Shown here piece by piece: positions 26,629-32,962 of a DNA stretch of 38,514 bases. Source of the stretch: a virus (taxonomy: Duplodnaviria; Heunggongvirae; Uroviricota; Caudoviricetes); the IMG/VR virus record IMGVR_UViG_2595698887_000001. The stretch is one strand, 5' to 3'. The translations under genes and the position numbers were made by a program. Below the pieces are notes generated by a model. The model had not been told where the DNA came from. It saw only the letters and a program-made list of their open reading frames with translations, and made no database searches. Every line of letters begins with the position of its first letter. Position 1 is the stretch's first letter.

Positions 26629-26847
26629 ATGTTTGGGTTTATCGTTATGGCCTGCCATATCTCGCTAACTTCAATGAAGCTTGAGTGTGATTGGAATGTT
26701 AAAAAAACATTCCCCACGGAGCAAGCTTGCAACGTGTACGAAAACGAATACACGTTAGGTAAGGGCGAGCAGATCGGGATCTGTGATGAGCTAGACCCCG
26801 GCGTCAAAGAAGGCGATAAACGCCCTATCCTCACCCTCAAAAAGTAA
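26629..26847 (+). CDS. early hypothetical (possibly exported) protein
   Basis: 72 aa; hydrophobic start; Cys residues. Confidence 0.6.
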   Translation: MFGFIVMACHISLTSMKLECDWNVKKTFPTEQACNVYENEYTLGKGEQIGICDELDPGVKEGDKRPILTLKK

Positions 26848-26857
26848 GGTAACGATC

Positions 26858-27154
26858 ATGTTTGAAGTATTCGCGGGAATGTGTTTTTATAGCGCCCTTG
26901 CGCTTAGACAGTGTGATGATTTTATTGTTGAATCATACGACGATCCGCTAACCTGCAATATCGTAGCGCGTGGCTATTCCGAGGATCGCCGCTGGATTAA
27001 TCCGGCTTGCATCCCATCGCCGGAAGTCGAACCAATGCCAGAAGGTGAAGCCGTGGAAGGTGATCCGGCGGTTGCCGTAACATCCTTTTTTGTGGATAAT
27101 TTGAGCGCTCAAAGTCTGGTTGAAATGTACGCCACACAAGAGGCCAAAAAATAA
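26858..27154 (+). CDS. early hypothetical protein
   Basis: 98 aa; AAGGTAA RBS; Cys pattern like the preceding ORF. Confidence 0.65.
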   Translation: MFEVFAGMCFYSALALRQCDDFIVESYDDPLTCNIVARGYSEDRRWINPACIPSPEVEPMPEGEAVEGDPAVAVTSFFVDNLSAQSLVEMYATQEAKK

Positions 27155-27156
27155 AT

Positions 27157-27216
27157 TTGACAACTGGGAACGGTTGATCAATAATTACCAGACAAGGCCG
27201 GGAGCGGTTCCCGGTC
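27157..27216 (+). promoter_or_regulatory. early promoter + leader hairpin
   Basis: TTGACA-17-AATAAT; GGCCGGGA-GCGGT-TCCCGGTC. Confidence 0.7.
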
Positions 27217-27233
27217 ACCTGGTGAGGTGAATC

Positions 27234-27350
27234 ATGAAAGGTTACAAAGTAGAATACACTACAGAAAACCCGGTTTACACTGAGGCGCGGATCATGTGTC
27301 GTCTGGTGTGGTCTTTCGTGATCTTCCTGCTGTTATTATCTTTATTCTAA
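27234..27350 (+). CDS. 38-aa peptide with C-terminal TM
   Basis: MKGYKVEY...LVWSFVIFLLLLSLF; GAGGT RBS. Confidence 0.6.
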   Translation: MKGYKVEYTTENPVYTEARIMCRLVWSFVIFLLLLSLF

Positions 27351-27365
27351 AACGAGGTTTTAAAA

Positions 27366-27707
27366 ATGGAACTGGCAAATAAATTTTTCTTCCTGGCTGG
27401 CGTTACTGACAAAGCAAAATGTGATTTTCGTCGTTTCGATGATAAAACGTTATTGCGCTTTTGTCATATCAATGACTCTGTGAACGCTGATCGCCTGGAT
27501 ATCATGATCCGCACGGAAACCAATATTGATCACACTACACAAAAGCCAGTCAAAGATCATTACATCTCTTATCAGCTTGAAAGCGTGAAAGGCTATGTAA
27601 AACAGGCTGACAGCCTGCCGATCCGTGATGCTCTGGACGTTTTCGCGGTAGTTGTTGAGATTGTTAATGATGTTTTTCCGGTTGACTCTGAAAACCAGAT
27701 CGGCTAA
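27366..27707 (+). CDS. early hypothetical protein
   Basis: 113 aa; GAGGT RBS. Confidence 0.7.
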   Translation: MELANKFFFLAGVTDKAKCDFRRFDDKTLLRFCHINDSVNADRLDIMIRTETNIDHTTQKPVKDHYISYQLESVKGYVKQADSLPIRDALDVFAVVVEIVNDVFPVDSENQIG

Positions 27708-27740
27708 AGTATTCTAACAGGCCGGGGATTGTCCCCGGTC
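27682..27740 (+). promoter_or_regulatory. early promoter + leader hairpin
   Basis: TTGACT-17-TAAAGT; GGCCGGGGA-TTG-TCCCCGGTC. Confidence 0.75.
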
Positions 27741-27760
27741 ACAATAGAAAGGTAAATATT

Positions 27761-27994
27761 ATGGCACGTTACACTAAAACCGTGGATATCTGGGACGCTC
27801 AAACCAACGTTGCAAAATTGCAGCCGGGGCAATGGGTAGAGGCTGGCAAAGGCGGTGATCGCGGGATCTTCTGTGGTGTTAAACGCTCTGGATCTGTGGT
27901 TGTTGCCTGGAAGAATAACGCAAGCAACCATAAGCGCGACGGGTATCGTGGCTATATTTCCGATCTGTTTTCTTATGCTAAAGTTTGGGCTTAA
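27761..27994 (+). CDS. early hypothetical protein
   Basis: 77 aa; GAAAGGTAAA RBS. Confidence 0.75.
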   Translation: MARYTKTVDIWDAQTNVAKLQPGQWVEAGKGGDRGIFCGVKRSGSVVVAWKNNASNHKRDGYRGYISDLFSYAKVWA

Positions 27995-27996
27995 TT

Positions 27997-28329
27997 ATGA
28001 AAAATAAAAATGTTTATTGGTCATCCTCATGCGGTCGCCTTTGTCTGATTTTCCGTGACCGTGACCAGGTAGAAGAGATCGCCCACTCTGGGGACTGTGA
28101 AGCCTCCACCGTTGAAGCCTTGCCCTATTTCCGGGACGGCTTACAGTTTAGCGCCTACACCGATCAAATGATCCGGGATTACCTGGCCGAAACCGGGATC
28201 GAGCGTGAAGGGGTGGACGGGATCGACAACATGGATCGCCACACCCTGGAAATGTACCTGTTATGGATCGCCGCTGGTGATATGCTGGACGTTTTCAACG
28301 TTGGCGATGATTACGGGGAAGATGAATAA
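27997..28329 (+). CDS. early acidic hypothetical protein
   Basis: 110 aa; IAHSGDC...LLWIAAGD. Confidence 0.7.
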   Translation: MKNKNVYWSSSCGRLCLIFRDRDQVEEIAHSGDCEASTVEALPYFRDGLQFSAYTDQMIRDYLAETGIEREGVDGIDNMDRHTLEMYLLWIAAGDMLDVFNVGDDYGEDE

Positions 28330-28335
28330 AACCGC

Positions 28336-28394
28336 TTGCAAGCCAGGCGCGGATCGGTTAATATCTTTTTGAGGCCGGGGAATACCTCCCCGGC
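28336..28394 (+). promoter_or_regulatory. early promoter + leader hairpin
   Basis: TTGCAA-17-TAATAT; GCCGGGGA-ATACC-TCCCCGGC. Confidence 0.75.
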
Positions 28395-28415
28395 AAGCCA
28401 GAAAGGTAAACAAAA

Positions 28416-28805
28416 ATGCAAAATTTCATCACTATCACCAATAACGATAAACTGCAATCTCTGATCGGTATCCTTAACGATGTTTCACCGTTTATCGTTA
28501 AAAATCTTTACTCACATTTGAAAAATGTTAAACCCGCTATTTGGTCTGCTCATTGCTATGACCAGGACGAAAGCGCGGCGGCATACATGATCGAAATGTT
28601 AAAAGATAGTATGCAACTTTGTTTATCTCAAAGCGTTATTAATGAAGTTGATAGCCGTTTATCTCTGGCTATTGAATACCAGATGCAAGCAATGTATAAT
28701 CAGTTAGACATTGAAGAGCAGCAAGATCAAGATTCATTCTGGGATCGTGCTGATGCTCAAAGCGCCTTTGATGACCGTTTAGCAATGTACGCTAACGAAT
28801 ACTAA
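28416..28805 (+). CDS. early acidic hypothetical protein
   Basis: 129 aa; GAAAGGTAAA RBS. Confidence 0.75.
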   Translation: MQNFITITNNDKLQSLIGILNDVSPFIVKNLYSHLKNVKPAIWSAHCYDQDESAAAYMIEMLKDSMQLCLSQSVINEVDSRLSLAIEYQMQAMYNQLDIEEQQDQDSFWDRADAQSAFDDRLAMYANEY

Positions 28806-28815
28806 ACAAAACAAG

Positions 28816-28834
28816 GCCGGGGACGTTCCCCGGC
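28816..28834 (+). promoter_or_regulatory. leader hairpin without a clear promoter
   Basis: GCCGGGGA-CGT-TCCCCGGC followed by the GAAAGGTAAA RBS. Confidence 0.65.
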
Positions 28835-28855
28835 ATAATCTGAAAGGTAAAGCAA

Positions 28856-29080
28856 ATGTTAAAGAATCAAACCGGGCAAACTGAATTTTTACGCAACCTT
28901 ATCGCAGGTGAAAAGGCTATATGGTTCTGTGAAGGTGCAAACGTAGATCCGGAAATGCGGAAAATGACCGCCACGGTGTGCAAGGCGAAACTAGGCTTTA
29001 AAATCCGTCAATCAAAAGCCTTGATCGTTACTCCTGATTCTATCCCTCAAGCAATCATCATTATTGAACGTATATCATGA
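28856..29080 (+). CDS. early hypothetical protein
   Basis: 74 aa. Confidence 0.7.
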   Translation: MLKNQTGQTEFLRNLIAGEKAIWFCEGANVDPEMRKMTATVCKAKLGFKIRQSKALIVTPDSIPQAIIIIERIS

Positions 29081-29304
29081 AAAAAGTAATTTTTGATAAC
29101 AAGAAAAACACGGTAACCGCTCAAAAGGTCGGGGAATACATCGAACTTTCGGATCTGTATAGTGACGCGCCGATCCGCTTGTCACCTGCTGAATATAAAA
29201 ATGCTGATTTGGTTAAACATGTTGTCGCTATGGAGTTCGAATTTTTCGAATATCTAGCCTCTTTTGAGGATGATTTTAATAGTGATGGGCTTTACGGCGC
29301 ATGA
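29077..29304 (+). CDS. early hypothetical protein
   Basis: 75 aa; ATGA coupling. Confidence 0.65.
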   Translation: MKKVIFDNKKNTVTAQKVGEYIELSDLYSDAPIRLSPAEYKNADLVKHVVAMEFEFFEYLASFEDDFNSDGLYGA

Positions 29305-29450
29305 TCATTTACGTCAACGTTTTAAACGGGAATCGCTACCGCTGGCGCGGTTCCCGTGTCCTGGCTCTGATGTCTGGTGAATGGGTTCAAAGTCAGCACT
29401 TACGCCCCGCCGATCTCTCACATTTTCCGTTTATAGGTATCAAAGAATGA
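29301..29450 (+). CDS. early hypothetical protein (below cutoff)
   Basis: MIIYVNVLNG..., 49 aa; ATGA coupling at both ends. Confidence 0.6.
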   Translation: MIIYVNVLNGNRYRWRGSRVLALMSGEWVQSQHLRPADLSHFPFIGIKE

Positions 29451-29923
29451 AATATGAAATCACCCCGGAAGATATCAAAACACGCACCCTTGATAGCGCC
29501 CGTTACACCTTAACAAAGCGTGAAGGCCTGCAACTATTTTCAATCTGTTTTATTCATCCTGATGATCCTGATTTTCAATCTGATCCGGTTGAGTTCTGGG
29601 CTAGTAGCTGGGAAACGGCTTATGATGAGCTGATGAATAATGTAAACACTTTCGAATCTTACGGCCTGTCAAGTTTTAGCCAGACAGATCGCCCCCTGGA
29701 GGATGAGAACGTTAGAGCGTGGATCAACCACTACAACGCCCTTTATAACCTCGTGTTTATTCATGGGGAGAGTAAAGAAGAGATGATCAAGAAAGCGCTA
29801 GACTTTAATGATCATTGTTCGTATGTACTCCGCAAAATGTGCGAGCTAGTGGACGCCCTGAGAAGTGCGGAGAGGTTCGACGGCGGATCGGTCTATCGTG
29901 AATCAATGCACCGTTACAGATAA
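29447..29923 (+). CDS. early hypothetical protein
   Basis: 158 aa from MKYEIT. Confidence 0.7.
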   Translation: MKYEITPEDIKTRTLDSARYTLTKREGLQLFSICFIHPDDPDFQSDPVEFWASSWETAYDELMNNVNTFESYGLSSFSQTDRPLEDENVRAWINHYNALYNLVFIHGESKEEMIKKALDFNDHCSYVLRKMCELVDALRSAERFDGGSVYRESMHRYR

Positions 29924-29933
29924 GGGTAAAACA

Positions 29934-30251
29934 ATGACACTTCAAAAAATGATCGCGGTTCGCTGGGCTACCTTAAACCGACTTTGCCCGGAGGATAATC
30001 TGGGATATCGGACACGCCCGGAGCAATTCCGGCGCGGCCTGGCTGCACTTGAAAAGGCGATAGAAAAACACGCTATTGCAACCATTAAAGATCGTGAAGG
30101 TGAATTGTGTTTTGTGGTGGCAATAGATGAGGGGCTTTATCTGGATGATCGAGAATGGTTATCAGTTACATATATCAAACCGTCCCACGGCTTAACACCC
30201 CATGATCATTATTCTGGCTACTGGCTGCCCGCTGGGATAACTATCCGCTAA
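29934..30251 (+). CDS. early hypothetical protein
   Basis: 105 aa from MTLQK; AAGGGTAAAA RBS. Confidence 0.7.
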   Translation: MTLQKMIAVRWATLNRLCPEDNLGYRTRPEQFRRGLAALEKAIEKHAIATIKDREGELCFVVAIDEGLYLDDREWLSVTYIKPSHGLTPHDHYSGYWLPAGITIR

Positions 30252-30271
30252 AATCTTTACAATTCCGGGGC

Positions 30272-30300
30272 TTGTTTTCTGTCCCGGTTTTTGTTATTCT
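30272..30300 (+). promoter_or_regulatory. sigma70 promoter facing non-coding DNA
   Basis: TTGTTT-17-(TGT)TATTCT; overlaps a CCGGG hairpin with a T run. Confidence 0.5.
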
Positions 30301-30307
30301 TTTATGG

Positions 30308-30379
30308 AAGCGGCAACGATGGACACCGGAGGAAACACACCGGAGGTGCCCGTTATTCCGGTAATGAGAATTACTATCA
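30308..30379 (+). repeat. promoter-led element copy 2 ending in a Fur-like box
   Basis: homologous to 20939-21010; TGAGAAT-T-ACTATCA at 30365-30379 (12/14). Confidence 0.65.
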
Positions 30380-30395
30380 ACAACCCTCAAAATCC

Positions 30396-30600
30396 TATGC
30401 AAAATAGTGAATATGGCGAGATCTCCGCTAAAATGGGCTAGGGTACAACCTGGACGCAAAACCGCTTAAAACGCGTTACAGGACGTTTAAAGGCCATATA
30501 AAAATAGCTTGACACGTAAAAACGGCTAAAAAGTAATTTCAACATGAAATCAATTGCATAGCGTTGCATAATCATTCAAAAAGTGAATAAACAGGCTTTT
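30396..30600 (+). repeat. intergenic module 2 (ARG-box-like array)
   Basis: TATGCAA-N4-GTGAAT at 30396; TTACAGGA at 30476; GT-TGCAT-AATC-ATTCA-AA at 30563-30580. Confidence 0.75.
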
Positions 30601-30622
30601 TGTAAAGAAGTGTAAAGAGCCA

Positions 30623-30651
30623 TTGACGTGATGATCCCCCTATAGTAATAT
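30623..30651 (+). promoter_or_regulatory. early promoter
   Basis: TTGACG-17-TAATAT. Confidence 0.75.
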
Positions 30652-30706
30652 TTATCTCGTAGGGCAAACAAACGAAATCAAACAAACAGACTAAGAGGTA
30701 AATCAA

Positions 30707-31072
30707 ATGTTAAACGCTAAAACTGTTGCGCATGTTGGCTGGGATTCAAACGCTTATGAGGGTGAATGGTGCGAAGATTACCGCCGCACTGAATGGGCTT
30801 ACAAAATCCAGATCGAACTGGTAGACGGTTCACGCTTTTATCTTGATCAATCCTTACTGACTTCTGAAACTCATGATTTTGAAGAAATTAAAGCTATTCA
30901 GGATCGCCGTGTAGCTCGCATTGAAAAACATCTGGCTGGTGGTGGCTATCTTAAAGAGGCTCATTGGTATCCTACCGATCCGGCTTATGGCTCTGAAGCT
31001 TATCAGCGCCTGGATGATATGGGAGAGTTTAAAGCCCGTGAAGAAAAAGAGTTTCAACTTAACGGACGTTAA
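30707..31072 (+). CDS. early hypothetical protein
   Basis: 121 aa; HWYPTDPAYGSEAY; GAGGTAAA RBS. Confidence 0.75.
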   Translation: MLNAKTVAHVGWDSNAYEGEWCEDYRRTEWAYKIQIELVDGSRFYLDQSLLTSETHDFEEIKAIQDRRVARIEKHLAGGGYLKEAHWYPTDPAYGSEAYQRLDDMGEFKAREEKEFQLNGR

Positions 31073-31087
31073 CATATTAAAAGGCGC

Positions 31088-31116
31088 TTGCAATGGTGAG
31101 CGCTTTTTGATAAATT
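31088..31116 (+). promoter_or_regulatory. early promoter
   Basis: TTGCAA-17-TAAATT. Confidence 0.65.
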
Positions 31117-31149
31117 AATGTTTCACCAAACAAAACGAGGTAAACGGCA

Positions 31150-31473
31150 ATGACTAAAACAGAATTTTTCGAAATCATCACCGATCATCTGAAACGCCTT
31201 AACGGTCAATTTAACGCTTTCGGTGAATATGTGGCCTTTGACGTTCCAAAATACACCGCCGCCGATCTTGCCCCTTATGAGTTCCACGAAGATCCGGAAA
31301 ATTACGCTAAATGGAAAGCGGAAAACCCGGATTATCCTTGGGTGGCTCATGCGTCAGGTTATACTATGAAAAATTGCTGGTTAGTCGGCCTTATCAATCA
31401 TCGCTCATATGAAGCCGCCACCAAACAAGCGAAGATTTTCGCACGTTGGATCACTGAATACCAAACCAAATAA
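31150..31473 (+). CDS. early hypothetical protein
   Basis: 107 aa; GAGGTAAA RBS. Confidence 0.75.
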   Translation: MTKTEFFEIITDHLKRLNGQFNAFGEYVAFDVPKYTAADLAPYEFHEDPENYAKWKAENPDYPWVAHASGYTMKNCWLVGLINHRSYEAATKQAKIFARWITEYQTK

Positions 31474-31522
31474 ACCCACCTGGGGCGCTAGTCGCCCCGC
31501 TATCATGTGAGAAATAAATAAA

Positions 31523-31789
31523 ATGTATCCAGACAATTACGAAATTATTCACAACGTAAGCCACAACGGAAATTTTGTATCATTGGCACGCCGGGAGACT
31601 TTCGATCCTTTCGATGGTTCGATGAGTTCCCGCACTTATGAAGTAAACTGGCAGATCGACGGGGAAACCAACTACAACCACGATTTAAAATATGTAGCGC
31701 CTGCCCTGGCAATTTTCAAACGTAAAGTAGAAACGATGTTAAAGCCGATCAACCTTTACAACCTGATCCACGATAAACAAGCCAGTTAA
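31523..31789 (+). CDS. early hypothetical protein
   Basis: 88 aa; last ORF of the island. Confidence 0.65.
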   Translation: MYPDNYEIIHNVSHNGNFVSLARRETFDPFDGSMSSRTYEVNWQIDGETNYNHDLKYVAPALAIFKRKVETMLKPINLYNLIHDKQAS

Positions 31790-31811
31790 CACCCATTCAG
31801 GATCACAAGAT

Positions 31812-31836
31812 AAGGCCGGGATTATTCCCGGCTTTT
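31812..31836 (+). terminator. intrinsic terminator
   Basis: GCCGGGA-TTAT-TCCCGGC followed by TTTT. Confidence 0.7.
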
Positions 31837-31886
31837 GCATATCATAACCCACACCAAACCACAACCCCGAATTTTTTACCGTCATT

Positions 31887-32091
31887 TATGCAATAAAGTG
31901 AATTTAAAGAGATCTCTTTAAAGACATATAACGGCAAGCCTAACAGATAAACCCTCTCAAAACTCGTTATATTGCGTTTAATCGTGTATCATTACCCGCC
32001 TTTGACTCACTCACACCCCAAAAATGATAACGCAGGTTATCAAGTGAATAAACACCGTGTTTTTATGCAAATTGAGTGAATACGAAGCAAA
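31887..32091 (+). repeat. intergenic module 3 (ARG-box-like)
   Basis: TATGCAA-N4-GTGAAT at 31887; TATGCAA-N5-GTGAAT at 32064; 20-bp palindrome at 31903-31922. Confidence 0.7.
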
Positions 32092-32218
32092 AACCCTGAA
32101 ATGATAGCTTTTCTCATCTAACCTATTGTGTGGACTGTCTTTTTTTGAGCATAGAAATCATCTTTTGTCAAATAAAATATCGTTCGCGTTATCGGGGTGA
32201 GTGGCGCGAGCGGAGCGA

Positions 32219-32429
32219 GCGACACAATAACACGGGGTAACTCAAACGATAATAAATATCGTTTTCGTTCGCGTTATCGTGGCTCGTTAGCGCCTAAGCG
32301 TTAACAGACAGGATGACTAGAATGATGAATAATTAACAATGCAACTATTACATAGTTGAAGTATTTTATAACCTCGCCACGATAACACCGATTAGCTGAT
32401 CGCTAATCGCCCCCGTGTTATTGTGTCGC
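32219..32429. other. multibranch stem-loop element (ncRNA or ssDNA structure candidate)
   Basis: 19-bp perfect outer inverted repeat; 11-bp inner stem; four further hairpins. Confidence 0.7.
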
Positions 32430-32611
32430 CAGGTTATGAAGATCAAAGGCATTTAATTAGCCTTTAATGGTTGACAAACCATGATTAATAGAACTGTAAA
32501 CCAGGCCGCTGGCCTGCTAATTGCTGGTTTTCTTGAGCATGAAAAGGCCTGAAGTGTCAAGTGTTTTATTGATAGGAAAAGTCTATTAAAGCCAGGCGTA
32601 GCAAGGCCTGA

Positions 32612-32790
32612 TGATAACTATTCGCATATGAGAACGGATGCTCAAAAGCATGTAATTGCTAAACACAATTCTTCCTCCCTGTCAAGCTTTTTGTGGCAGA
32701 TTTACAAAATATTTTCCATTTGAGAATGATTTTCATTTCGAAACTGAAATCGAAATCGTATTCAGAATGATTATCATTTGCATTCTCATC
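32612..32790. promoter_or_regulatory. three Fur-box-like sites
   Basis: TGATAAC-T-ATTCGCA (32612), TGAGAAT-G-ATTTTCA (32721), TCAGAAT-G-ATTATCA (32762) followed by TTTGCATTCTCA. Confidence 0.6.
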
Positions 32791-32934
32791 GACAAAACAC
32801 CCCACAAAGTGAATAATAACAGCGTGAAACTGTCATGGTGGTAACATGTAGCAGGCTATTGGTTGCTGTGTGGTATGGTTCACTGATGCAATGATAACAT
32901 GTGTGACTATATGGCCTGTCGCCAGGTGATCTGT

Positions 32935-32962
32935 GGTGCGCATAACGTGTATTATGTTAAAT
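32935..32962 (+). other. dif: dif-like XerC/XerD recombination site
   Basis: GGTGCGCATAA-CGTGTA-TTATGTTAAAT; both 11-bp arms identical to E. coli dif; central hexamer differs from TGTATA at 2 positions. Confidence 0.92.

Noticed and set aside
27091-27099. Perfect DnaA box TGTGGATAA
   Set aside because: Single copy inside a CDS; about 0.3 expected by chance in this window
22162-28834. Recurring GCCGGGGA..TCCCCGGC hairpins as a CRISPR array or RNA anti-CRISPR repeat mimics
   Set aside because: They are separated by whole genes, loops vary, and arm order is opposite to the type I-E repeat stem (TCCCC..GGGGA); no I-E/I-F handle sequences are present
30304-30441. 45-codon ORF MEAATMDTGG
   Set aside because: No RBS; the homologous copy at 20939-21010 does not keep the start
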